In this document: positions 36,376 to 45,715 of the stretch, in pieces
Numbering within the stretch: the stretch's first letter is position 1
Layout of the letters: every line of letters begins with the position of its first letter
From: Deltaproteobacteria bacterium
Lineage (GTDB): Bacteria > Myxococcota > Kuafuiibacteriia > Kuafuiibacteriales > Kuafuiibacteriaceae
NCBI GenBank assembly: GCA_040218735.1
Contig: JAVJQW010000062.1
Coordinates: forward strand, 1-64,000
Direction: 5' to 3'
Length of the DNA stretch: 64,000 nt
Translations under genes and position numbers: made by a program
Notes under the pieces: generated by a model
Database searches by the model: none
The model's input: only the letters and a program-made list of their open reading frames with translations
Told to the model about the DNA's origin: nothing

Positions 36376-37617
36376 GTGTTCCCACCCGACGACAACGAGC
36401 CGCGGCTGCTCACCTGGACCCGGAACCCCGAGGTTCGGCAGACGCTGATCACCACCTGGCGGCGGGTGCGCAGGACCTCGATCCTCGTGGGTCTGTGGCT
36501 GTTCCTGGCGGTGGTCCTCGTGTGGTTCCGCGGGGTTCTGCTCCCGTTCGGCCTCGCGTTCCTCCTCGCGTTCATCCTCGACCCCGCGGTCGACTTCCTC
36601 TCGAAGCGCCCCTTCGCCGGCCGCCGGTTCCCGCGCGTCGCGTGGGTCATCGGCATCTACGTGGTCGCCATCAGCTTCCTCGCGGTGTTCGGGGCCTGGG
36701 CCATCGCGCAGATCGGCCGGGAGCTGGCGGGGCTCGGACAGGTCACCAAGACCATCGTCGCGGACGTCACGGCCCTCGCGACCAACCTCCTCGACGCCGC
36801 CGAGCGCTTCGCCGAGACCAACGCCCTCCCCGTCGACCGCGAAGCCATCGAAGCGGTGATTCAGAAGAACATCCGCGGCTTCGCGGCCGAGGTCAGCCAG
36901 AACGCGACCTCACTCGTGAGCCTCGGCTCCAACATCGTCGGCGTCACGTTCCGCGCCGTCTTCGGCAGCTTCCTCGTCCTGATGCTCACCGCGTTCATCA
37001 GCATCGACCGCGCGCGCATCCTGAAGTTCTTCTACTCACTCGTCCCGCCCGAGGTCCGCGGCTCCTACCGCACGATCCTCAAGGGGATGAGCGTCGGTCT
37101 CGCGGGGGTCGTGCGCGGCCAAGCGATGATCTGCCTCGCCAACGGCGTGCTCACGTTCGTCGGCCTGTGGCTCCTCGACGTGAAGCTCCCGCTGATCCTC
37201 GCGTCGATCGCGACGGTCTTCTCGCTCATCCCGATCTTCGGCTCGATCCTCTCCACGATCCCCATCGTGACGATGGCGATCACCGACTCCTTCGCGAAGG
37301 GGGTCTTCGCCCTCCTGTGGATCATCGGCATCCACCTCGTGGAGGCCAACTTCCTCAACCCGAAGATCATGGGCGACGCCGCCAAGATCCACCCGGTCAT
37401 CGTGGTGTTCGTGCTGATCGTCGGGGAGTCGACCGCCGGCCTGATCGGGGCGCTCTTCGCGGTGCCGATCGCCGCCGTGGTCATCACGGTCTTCAAGTTC
37501 CTGCACCGCCGCGCGCTCGCGAACGACGCCGGCACCGCGCGCTCGCCCTCCGTCTACGACGGCGTGCCCCCGACCCTCTCCACCCCGAGCGCGCCCCAAG
37601 AGCCCGCTTCGAAGTAG
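36376..37617 (+). CDS. AI-2E (PerM) family transporter
   Basis: LLPFGLAFLLAFILDPAV, VRGQ, SLIPIFG, EANFLNPKIMG...IHPV, GALFAVPIAA. Confidence 0.92.
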   Translation: MFPPDDNEPRLLTWTRNPEVRQTLITTWRRVRRTSILVGLWLFLAVVLVWFRGVLLPFGLAFLLAFILDPAVDFLSKRPFAGRRFPRVAWVIGIYVVAISFLAVFGAWAIAQIGRELAGLGQVTKTIVADVTALATNLLDAAERFAETNALPVDREAIEAVIQKNIRGFAAEVSQNATSLVSLGSNIVGVTFRAVFGSFLVLMLTAFISIDRARILKFFYSLVPPEVRGSYRTILKGMSVGLAGVVRGQAMICLANGVLTFVGLWLLDVKLPLILASIATVFSLIPIFGSILSTIPIVTMAITDSFAKGVFALLWIIGIHLVEANFLNPKIMGDAAKIHPVIVVFVLIVGESTAGLIGALFAVPIAAVVITVFKFLHRRALANDAGTARSPSVYDGVPPTLSTPSAPQEPASK

Positions 37618-37624
37618 ACTGGTC

Positions 37625-40102
37625 GTGGTGTCGCGCAGGGCCCTCGGACTCGCCGCGCTCATCGGGCTGCTCTTCGGCTGTCCGACGCCCGAGTACGTCT
37701 ACCCGCCGGGGCCCCCCGCGATCCTCCGGCTCGACGTCGTCCCGAACGTCTTCGATCCCGGCGAGGTCGTCCTCGTCCGCTGGAGAGTGCAGGACGCCGA
37801 CAGCGTGCAGCTCACGCTCGGCGACGCCGCGGCGATCGGCGTCGGCGCCGAGGGTGAGATGTCCTTCACCCCGAGCACCAGCGGCGACGTCGTGCTCGTC
37901 GCGACCAGCGCGGGCGGCGAACGACGCGGGCGCGTCGCGTACACCCTCCGCAACCCGTCGCCGGTGCAGGTGCTCCGGTTCCTCGCCGAGCCACAGCTCG
38001 TACGCCCGGGCGAGCCGGTCACGCTGCGGTGGGAGACGCAGAACGCGACGCACATCCGCATTCGCAGCAGCGACGGCGAGTCGTACTACGACGGCAACGA
38101 CGCATCGAGCGCCCTGACGATCCGCCCGACGCGGAGCCTGCAGATCACCCTCACGGCCGAAGGCTTCGGCGGTCCCGTGGTCAGCGCGTTGTCGATCTCG
38201 ACCGAAGAGGGGCTCCCGTTCATCTACAACTTCTCCGCGGATCCGCCCGTCATCTCCTCACGCGACACGCCGCGCGTCGCGTGGCTCACCGGCCGCGCGA
38301 CCCGCGTCGAGCTCAGCGAGCGCATCGACGACGCCTGGGTCGTCCTCCACAGCGAACCCGCTTCCCTGCAGACGGTCTGGTACGCGCTCGACGCCACACC
38401 CGGCACGCGGCGCTTCCGACTCGAGGCGAGGAACGCGAGCGGCTCCACCTTCGCGGAGGCGACGGCCGTGGTGCTCGAGACCCGCGAGCCGATCATCCAG
38501 ACGTTCACCGCGACCCCGACCGTGAACGGCTTCGGCGGCACTGTTCGACTCGCCTGGGGCGCCGTCGGCGCGAGTGACGTCCGCATCGACGCTGCGGGTC
38601 AGCAGGTCGCCGGCAACCTTCCGCTCTACGGGAGCCGCGCGTTCATGCTGTTCGACGACGTGGAGCTCGTCCTGATCGCGCGCGACGACTTCGGCGCGCA
38701 GACCTCCTCCATCGCGTCGATCACCATCGACACCAGCCGGCCGCGCATCCAGCAGTTCCTCGTCAACCCGACGCACGTCGTCCACGGCGAGCCGGTGCAG
38801 CTGCGCCACTTCGTCGACGGCGCCGACGCGGTCGAGGTGCGAACGGAGGAAGGCGTCGTCATCCCGCTCGACCCGAGCGGCCTCACGACTTGGGTGCCCG
38901 ACCGGACCACGATCCTCACCCTCCGCGCGCGCAACGCGTTCGGGCCGACGGTCATCGAGCGCCGCGTCTCGGTGGGCGCGCTCCCCGCCATCGAACAGTT
39001 CACCGTCGACGACCTCGTGGTCCGCAACGGACGCGAGACCGAAGCGCGGTGGCGAACCCAAAACGCCATCTCGACGCGGCTCCTCCTCCGCGGGTTCGCC
39101 AACCCGGTGGATCCGGACAGCGGCTCCGCCCGCATTTTTGTGAGCAGCGCCGAGCCCGTCCCGTTGGAGCTACAGGTGTCCGGCGCCGGGGGCTACATCG
39201 TCACGGCCACCGTGACCGTCGATGGCCTCGAGGCCGTGCAGGGCCCGGGCGTCGAAGTCGAACCGAACGACGGTCCGACGACGGCCCACGTCCTCGACCC
39301 GACCGAATCTCCGACCGTCACGGGCACCGTCGCCGCGAGCGACGAAGACTGGTTCTTCGTCAGCACCGGTTTTGGGCGGCGCCTCCAGAGCTTCGACACC
39401 GCGCCCGCCGGCGGGCAGTGCCCGGGGCTCCGAGTCTCATTCTTCGTCGACGACGAAACCGGCAACGCGCTCGGCCCGCTGGGGGTCTTCGGCGGGCCCG
39501 GCGTCTGCCCCGCCGCCACCGCGCACGAGCTCCCGTTGCTCGCGGACCTCCCGCTCGGGTTCCTCGTTCGCATCGACCGACCGCCCGGCGCACTCACGAG
39601 CACGAGCTCGTATGCCTTCACGCTGACGACGGCGATCAGCCGATGCTCCGACCTGGTGCTCGACCGCGCCGAGACCTGCGACGACGGCAACGTCCAGCCG
39701 AACGACGGCTGCGACGACGAGTGCCACGACGAGAGCTCGGACGAACAGGAGCCGAACTTCACGACGACGCTCGCGGATCCGCTCGTCGTTGCGACGCCGC
39801 TGTTCGGTCGCCTGGCTCCGGATGACGTCGACCTCTTCTACTTCGACGTGGAGCCGAATCAAGGCGGCCCCGTCTCGGTGACGCTGACGTCGCTGAACGG
39901 CTCGTGCGGCATCGACGCATCGCTCGAGCTGTTCAACGACTTCGGCCAGCTCCTCCTGCGGCGTGAAGACGTCAACGGCTGCACCACGCTCGACGGTCCG
40001 TTCGCCGTGCTCCCCGAGGGGCGGTACTTCGTCCAGATCGAAGCCGGGCTCGGCGCCGTCCTTCCGGTCCGCGCCTCGTATCGCCTCACCCTACAGAGGT
40101 AG
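37625..40102 (+). CDS. Surface lipoprotein with Ig-like repeats, PPC-like domains and a Myxococcus Cys-rich (DUF4215-like) repeat
   Basis: Lipobox LFGC; repeated F.A.P..V..GE.V.L.W units; EVEPND / EQEPNF; ETCDDGNVQPNDGCDDEC. Confidence 0.85.
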   Translation: MVSRRALGLAALIGLLFGCPTPEYVYPPGPPAILRLDVVPNVFDPGEVVLVRWRVQDADSVQLTLGDAAAIGVGAEGEMSFTPSTSGDVVLVATSAGGERRGRVAYTLRNPSPVQVLRFLAEPQLVRPGEPVTLRWETQNATHIRIRSSDGESYYDGNDASSALTIRPTRSLQITLTAEGFGGPVVSALSISTEEGLPFIYNFSADPPVISSRDTPRVAWLTGRATRVELSERIDDAWVVLHSEPASLQTVWYALDATPGTRRFRLEARNASGSTFAEATAVVLETREPIIQTFTATPTVNGFGGTVRLAWGAVGASDVRIDAAGQQVAGNLPLYGSRAFMLFDDVELVLIARDDFGAQTSSIASITIDTSRPRIQQFLVNPTHVVHGEPVQLRHFVDGADAVEVRTEEGVVIPLDPSGLTTWVPDRTTILTLRARNAFGPTVIERRVSVGALPAIEQFTVDDLVVRNGRETEARWRTQNAISTRLLLRGFANPVDPDSGSARIFVSSAEPVPLELQVSGAGGYIVTATVTVDGLEAVQGPGVEVEPNDGPTTAHVLDPTESPTVTGTVAASDEDWFFVSTGFGRRLQSFDTAPAGGQCPGLRVSFFVDDETGNALGPLGVFGGPGVCPAATAHELPLLADLPLGFLVRIDRPPGALTSTSSYAFTLTTAISRCSDLVLDRAETCDDGNVQPNDGCDDECHDESSDEQEPNFTTTLADPLVVATPLFGRLAPDDVDLFYFDVEPNQGGPVSVTLTSLNGSCGIDASLELFNDFGQLLLRREDVNGCTTLDGPFAVLPEGRYFVQIEAGLGAVLPVRASYRLTLQR

Positions 40103-40143
40103 GACTCGACAACGGCCAGACGCCGTGGGAAGCCCGTGGGCGC

Positions 40144-40560
40144 GTGATCTCGACGGTCGAGAAAGTCCTCTTCTTGAAGTCGATCGATCTGTTCAGCCAG
40201 ATCCCCGGCGAAGATCTCGCGCGGGTCGCGCAGATCGCGGAGGAGATCGACTTCGAGCCCTCCGACGTCGTCATCACCGAGGGTGAGATCGGCGACTCGA
40301 TGTACCTGATCGTGGACGGCCGCGTTCAGGTCTACAAAGGCGACCGCCTCGTCGTGGAGCTCGGGGAGCGCGAGTGCGTCGGCGAGATGGCCATCCTCGA
40401 CAGCGAGCCGCGCAGCGCGACCGTGAAGACGCAGTCGGCGGTCCGCGCGCTGAAGATCGAGCGCGAGGACTTCTACGACCTGATGAACGAAAAGCTCGAG
40501 ATCGCGCAGGGCATCATCAAGGTCCTCACGCGTCGGCTCCGTAAGACCACCGCGCGTTGA
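40144..40560 (+). CDS. Stand-alone cyclic-nucleotide-binding domain protein
   Basis: FLKSIDLF, ITEGEIGDSMYLIVDGRV, GEMAILDSEPRSATV; no HTH. Confidence 0.92.
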   Translation: MISTVEKVLFLKSIDLFSQIPGEDLARVAQIAEEIDFEPSDVVITEGEIGDSMYLIVDGRVQVYKGDRLVVELGERECVGEMAILDSEPRSATVKTQSAVRALKIEREDFYDLMNEKLEIAQGIIKVLTRRLRKTTAR

Positions 40561-40686
40561 TCCCCCCGGGTTGATCCCCTTCCGTCGGCCGTTAGAGACC
40601 TGACACCCGTCGGACATTGTCACCACCGTCGGTCGGTTTTTCGTTGGGTGGTGGATTGGGTCTGTCCTGTGCAACCCTATCTGCCC

Positions 40687-42756
40687 GTGCGTGCCCGCCT
40701 CGCCGCCCTGTTCGTTGGCCTCACGCTGGGCGGATGCAGCTGCGATGGCGACGTGGTGGTGGGCGGCACGTCCTCGCTCGCGTCGGACCGCCTGGTCCTC
40801 GACTTCGGCCGGGTCTTCATCGGCCAGAGCCGCACCCAGACGCTCCTGTTGTCGGCCCCCGGCGAGCTGCCGGTGACCTTCGAGGGGACCTTCCTCGGCA
40901 ACGCGGGCGGCTTCGCGGCAGGCCCGGCCAACGGGGTCGTCGCCGCGAACAACGCGGTCGAGGTCGCCGTGACGTTTGCTCCGATGGTCGCGGGCGAGCG
41001 CGCGGCGGCGCTGATCTTCACCAGCGACGCGACGCGGAGCGCGACCGTCGGCATCGAGCTGCGCGCGCTCGCTGCGTCCCCGCCGGACTGTGAGGACGGC
41101 AACGGCTGCACCGTCGACACGTTCGACCTGAACACCGGCGTCTGCGTCCACCGCGCCGAGCGGCTCGCGTGCGACGACTTCGACGCCTGCACGATCTCCG
41201 ACACCTGTGTCGAGGCCGTGTGCCTCGGTGAGTCGCGCAGCTGCGACGACGGCAACGCGTGCACCGACGACTTCTGCGACGCACGCGAGGGCTGCATCAA
41301 CGTCGTCACCACCAACTGCGACGACAACAACCCTTGCACCGAGGACATCTGCCGACCCGACGGCGGCTGCGACAACATCGTCCTCGACGACGGGACCCCC
41401 TGCAACGACCTCGAACAGTGCACCGTCGCGGACATCTGCGTGGCGGGGTTCTGCGTCGGCGTCCCCGAGGGCATCGAGTGCGACGACGGGGACCCGTGCT
41501 CGAAGATGGAGGCCTGCTTCGACGGCGAGTGCCTCGACCCGACCTACGAGCCGCCGGGCTTCGGCGATGTGAAGTTCGCGACCGACCTCGGCCGCCTCCC
41601 CCCGGGCGCCGGCAGCAACGTGATCCTCGACCGCACGGACAACCTCTTCGTGGCGACGTCCTCGGGCGTCGCGGCGATCGACGAGTGCGGCGAGGTCGTG
41701 TGGACGAACGACACGCTCGGCCCGTCGAGCTTCGGCGCGGCGGTCTCCTTCCCCGGCCTGTTGTCGCTCCCGATCGACGGCCGCATCGTCGACATCGACA
41801 CCTCGACCGGCTCGGTGCTCCGCGAGATCGTCTTCGACGACGTCTTCGAAACGATCGGCACCGCGACCACCGCCACGATCGCCATCGCCGTGCACGACGT
41901 CGCGGTGCGCGCGTCCGGGAGCCTCGTCGTGTCGGTCAGCCGCACGATCGACGACGGGATCGCGACGACGTTCGAGGGCGTGCTCGCGGAGGTCGATCCC
42001 ACGCACTCGATCAGCACGCTGTTCCTGAACCTCGGCGAACGTTGGGCGCGTCGTGTCGCGATCGACGCGGACGAAGGCGTCGTGGCGATCGTCGAACGCG
42101 GCCGACCCGGCGACGCCACCTCCGTCGCGCAGGTCCTCCGCCTCGGCGTCGGCGCGGTCCCCGGTGACACGTGGTCGTCGTCCGAGATCGACGCGGCCCG
42201 CACGGACCTCGCGATCGGCGAGGGGAGCGAGGTGTGGTGGTCGGCGGGGCTGCAGGCGTTCTCGAAGGACGGCGTGCCCTACGGGTTGATACCGGCGCCG
42301 CTCGACCCCGCCGCCGTGCACGCGGGGTCCCCACTCGCGGTCGGCGAGCGCGTGCACGTGGTCGTGCGTCGCGAAGACTCCGCCAACTTCGCGCCGGGCG
42401 GCGTGTATCACCTGCTCACGATCTCGGCGACGACCGGTGAGACGCTGTCCGACATCATGTTCATGGACCCGGTCGTGGGGATGAGCCCGGTGGTCGACCT
42501 CGTCGGTAACGTCTACGTGCTGACCGGGCGCGGGACGCTGTTCGGCTTCACCGAGCTCGGGCAGCTCCTGTTCGCCACCGACCTGCCGATCGACACATCG
42601 CGTCGTCTCGACGACATCGCCCTGGCCATCACGTCCAAGGGCGTCGTCGTCGGTGCAGCCGGGGGGCATGCATTCGGCGTACAATCGAACTTCCCCATGT
42701 CGGGCGCCGCTTGGCCGCGGCACCGACGGGACAACCTGGCCACGGGACACCGATGA
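40687..42756 (+). CDS. Lipoprotein: ASH/choice-of-anchor-D Ig domain, Dictyostelium-type Cys repeats and beta-propeller
   Basis: LGGCSC lipobox, LDFGRVFIG, repeated CDD.N.CT.D.C, C-terminal WPRHRRDNLATG; start 40648-40687. Confidence 0.85.
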   Translation: MRARLAALFVGLTLGGCSCDGDVVVGGTSSLASDRLVLDFGRVFIGQSRTQTLLLSAPGELPVTFEGTFLGNAGGFAAGPANGVVAANNAVEVAVTFAPMVAGERAAALIFTSDATRSATVGIELRALAASPPDCEDGNGCTVDTFDLNTGVCVHRAERLACDDFDACTISDTCVEAVCLGESRSCDDGNACTDDFCDAREGCINVVTTNCDDNNPCTEDICRPDGGCDNIVLDDGTPCNDLEQCTVADICVAGFCVGVPEGIECDDGDPCSKMEACFDGECLDPTYEPPGFGDVKFATDLGRLPPGAGSNVILDRTDNLFVATSSGVAAIDECGEVVWTNDTLGPSSFGAAVSFPGLLSLPIDGRIVDIDTSTGSVLREIVFDDVFETIGTATTATIAIAVHDVAVRASGSLVVSVSRTIDDGIATTFEGVLAEVDPTHSISTLFLNLGERWARRVAIDADEGVVAIVERGRPGDATSVAQVLRLGVGAVPGDTWSSSEIDAARTDLAIGEGSEVWWSAGLQAFSKDGVPYGLIPAPLDPAAVHAGSPLAVGERVHVVVRREDSANFAPGGVYHLLTISATTGETLSDIMFMDPVVGMSPVVDLVGNVYVLTGRGTLFGFTELGQLLFATDLPIDTSRRLDDIALAITSKGVVVGAAGGHAFGVQSNFPMSGAAWPRHRRDNLATGHR

Positions 42757-44930
42757 AGAGCACCCTTCGACGCCTCGCGCCCTGCGGTCTGCTGCTCGTC
42801 GCGAGCTGTAGCGGCTGCGAGGACACCGGCGGCTTCGTGAGCCTCGAGCCGGGGCTCTCGGTGAACCCGCTCGTGCTGGACCTCGGCGAGGTGCCGCTCG
42901 GCGTGCGAGCGCAGGGGGTCTTCACGGTGCGCAGCCGGGGCGACGCTCCCTTGATGATCAGCCGCCTCGAGCTCGAAGAGACGGACATCTTCCAGATCGT
43001 GAACGAGACGGCGCGCGCCCTCGCGCCCGCGCAGAGCGACGTGGTGCAGGTCGCGGCGCGCCCGATGACACTCGGCATGCACGAGACCGTGTTGGTGATC
43101 GAGTCGAACGACTCCGAGGCCCCGCGCCTCGACATCCCGGTGCGCGTGACCGCGGTGGAGCAGCCGCCGTGCGACGACCTCAACGTCTGCACGACGGACG
43201 TCTTCGACACGGAGCTCGCGCGCTGCACACACAGCTTCGCCGACGGGACGGCATGTGAGGCGGCCGACAAGTGCATCATCAACGCCGTCTGCTCGCAGGG
43301 CGTCTGCCTCGGCGCGTCGAAGACCTGCGACGACGGAAGCGTCTGCACGCGCGACCTGTGCCGCCAGATCGACGGGGAGTGCATCTTCATCGACAACGAG
43401 CTCGCGTGTGAGGACGACAACCCGTGCACGGCGGACCTCTGCGGTCCGACGGGCTGCGAGCACGTGGCGCTCTCCAACGGCACCGCCTGCGACGACGGCG
43501 ACCTCTGCACGCAGGGCGACGCGTGTTTCGCGGGCGCGTGCGTCGGCACCGGGATGCCGGACGGGACGGCGTGTGACGACCTCGACTCCTGCACCGTCGA
43601 AGACACGTGCCGGGCCGGCGTTTGCTCGGGGACCTCGATCGTCGCATCGAAGGCGGAGGGCGAGCACGTCTTCACCTACGACCTCACCGCGTGGCCGGAG
43701 CGCGCGTTCCTCCACCGGCGTGAAGTCAGCATGTCCGACGACGGCGTCTTCTACGGGCTCGACCACCTCAACCTGCCGAACAACCAGGGGCTCACGCACG
43801 TCGTCTTCGCGTTCTCGCAGTGCGGCACGCCGGTGTACGAGTTCGCGTATCGGCCGCCGGACGCGCACGTGCTCGTGAGCTACGTGCGGCGCGCGATGCA
43901 GATCGGCGCGAACGACGAGGTCCGGATGGTGGTCGGCGTCCGCCAGCAGCCGCAGAACGGCTTCGAGCCGCAGACCACGACCTACCTCCTCGACGACACC
44001 GGGCAGGTCCTCCTCTCGGGCGTCCAAGCGCTCGGCGGCGAGACCGGGCGAGCGCTGCTCCCCGACGGCTCGTACATCTTCGGGACCATCTGGCCGCTGT
44101 CCTCGCACATCCCGTCGCCCGAGAACCCGTCGCGCCAGAACCTCGTCGTGGTGCGCGAGGACGTCTCCGGCAACGTGCTGTGGCGCCACGAGCGCGAGTC
44201 GGGGCCCTGGGCCGAGTTCCTCGGCGTCGCGGGCCCGCGCGTCCTCTTCTGGGCGCTCGGCCGCTTCGGCGCGCTGGACTTCAACACGGGCGCGACGGTG
44301 TGGTCGCAGGAGACGCCGTTCATCACCAAGGAGATGGCGCTCGCGACCGGCCTCAACCTCGGCGTCGCGCGTGCGAACGATCAGCTCATCGGCGTAGAGA
44401 TATTGAATGGAACGCAGGTGTTCCGGTTCCCGGAGGCCGCTTCGTTCGAGTACGTCGCACGCACGGACCCGGTCATCTCGGCGGACGGACGGGTCCTGGT
44501 CATGATGGAGCGCCGCAACACCGAGACGTTCCAGCCCGAGACCCTGTCGTGGGTCGTGCTCGACGCTCAGGGCCAGGTCGTCAACGAGACGCCCCTCCCG
44601 TACGTCTTCCCGGCCGACTACGCCGAGACGCGCCACGAAGACTACTTCGACGACCCCTCCCCCACCGTCGCGGACGACGGCGTGGCGTACATCGGCTACG
44701 GCGACACGTTCTGGGCGATCGACCCCACCGGCAACATCCGCTGGACGTACACGTCGACGGTCGAGAACGCGTTCACCGGCACCGTCCCGCTCTTGCGCGA
44801 CGACGGCGTCATGCTGATCAACGAGACGAGCCGCCGCATCATCGGCATCCGCACCAACGGCGGGCAGATGAGCGACGACGGGTGGGCGAGCTTCCGTCAC
44901 GACAACGAGCGCACGAACTTCACGCCCTGA
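42753..44930 (+). CDS. Paralogous lipoprotein: Ig domain, Cys repeats and PQQ-like beta-propeller
   Basis: ATGA overlap, VASCSGC, LDLGEVPLG, CDD.N.CT.D.C repeats, WAIDPTGNIRWTY, WASFRHDNERT. Confidence 0.87.
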   Translation: MKSTLRRLAPCGLLLVASCSGCEDTGGFVSLEPGLSVNPLVLDLGEVPLGVRAQGVFTVRSRGDAPLMISRLELEETDIFQIVNETARALAPAQSDVVQVAARPMTLGMHETVLVIESNDSEAPRLDIPVRVTAVEQPPCDDLNVCTTDVFDTELARCTHSFADGTACEAADKCIINAVCSQGVCLGASKTCDDGSVCTRDLCRQIDGECIFIDNELACEDDNPCTADLCGPTGCEHVALSNGTACDDGDLCTQGDACFAGACVGTGMPDGTACDDLDSCTVEDTCRAGVCSGTSIVASKAEGEHVFTYDLTAWPERAFLHRREVSMSDDGVFYGLDHLNLPNNQGLTHVVFAFSQCGTPVYEFAYRPPDAHVLVSYVRRAMQIGANDEVRMVVGVRQQPQNGFEPQTTTYLLDDTGQVLLSGVQALGGETGRALLPDGSYIFGTIWPLSSHIPSPENPSRQNLVVVREDVSGNVLWRHERESGPWAEFLGVAGPRVLFWALGRFGALDFNTGATVWSQETPFITKEMALATGLNLGVARANDQLIGVEILNGTQVFRFPEAASFEYVARTDPVISADGRVLVMMERRNTETFQPETLSWVVLDAQGQVVNETPLPYVFPADYAETRHEDYFDDPSPTVADDGVAYIGYGDTFWAIDPTGNIRWTYTSTVENAFTGTVPLLRDDGVMLINETSRRIIGIRTNGGQMSDDGWASFRHDNERTNFTP

Positions 44931-44937
44931 AGTCGCC

Positions 44938-45609
44938 TCAGAGGAACATGCCCGCCTCGAGCTGCCGGAAGGGCTTCGGATCCGTGAACAGCTCCGGCCG
45001 ACAGCCGCCGACGCTGGCGCACTCTTCGAGGAGCGCAGGGTCCATCGGACGATTCACCGGACACGGCGCCGCGCAGTCCGTCGTGCACGGGCAGTACGCG
45101 CTGTACCCGCCGCAGTAGCATCCGACCCCCGGCTGCTTGCCGGAGTAGCAGATACAGCCCTCCTCGTCCGCGCGATCGAAGAGGCTGAGATCGATCATGA
45201 GCCCGATACAGTCCTTCCGCTCCGCCTGGTCGGGGTACGGCAGGTAGAGCAACGGTGTGTCCGCGCCCTCGATCGCGATCGCACGAGCCCCACGTTTGGA
45301 GAGCCACTTCTTGGCGGCGATGACCTCCTTCAGATCCTTGGAGCGGTCGAAGAACTTCGCGCGCTCGAGGAGCTCGATCGCCTTAGCGCCTGTGATGACC
45401 TTGCCGGCGCGCTCCCTCGCGATCAGCGCGTTCTTGCCGTGGAGCTGCCGCGTCACCTCGCCGATGACCGTCCGCAGCTGACCGAGCGTCTGCGCGTAGA
45501 CGACGGCCTCCGCGCCGGCGTCGCCTTGGCTCGGAGTCTTGCAGCCCTCCAGCGCCATGACCGCGACCGCAGCCGAGAAGATGAGTGTTCGGTTCGTGGT
45601 TGTGTTCAT
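44938..45609 (-). CDS. Hypothetical lipoprotein with Cys-dense C-terminal domain
   Basis: Lipobox LEGC; ten Cys in GCICY..GCYC..YCPC..DC..PC..EC..GC. Confidence 0.8.
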   Translation of the reverse strand: MNTTTNRTLIFSAAVAVMALEGCKTPSQGDAGAEAVVYAQTLGQLRTVIGEVTRQLHGKNALIARERAGKVITGAKAIELLERAKFFDRSKDLKEVIAAKKWLSKRGARAIAIEGADTPLLYLPYPDQAERKDCIGLMIDLSLFDRADEEGCICYSGKQPGVGCYCGGYSAYCPCTTDCAAPCPVNRPMDPALLEECASVGGCRPELFTDPKPFRQLEAGMFL

Positions 45610-45621
45610 GCGCGGCGTGAG

Positions 45622-45638
45622 TGCACCGCGTATGCCAG
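45622..45638 (-). promoter_or_regulatory. Putative sigma54 (-24/-12) promoter
   Basis: CTGGCATACGCGGTGCA (GG-N10-GC) on the minus strand, ending 12 nt before ATG 45609. Confidence 0.55.
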
Positions 45639-45715
45639 TCGCGCAGCCTGCTCCGCCGACGTGATTGTCCCGTGGGTCACCGTGCGAGCACGTGCACGGC
45701 CGAGCGCCGCACGCG

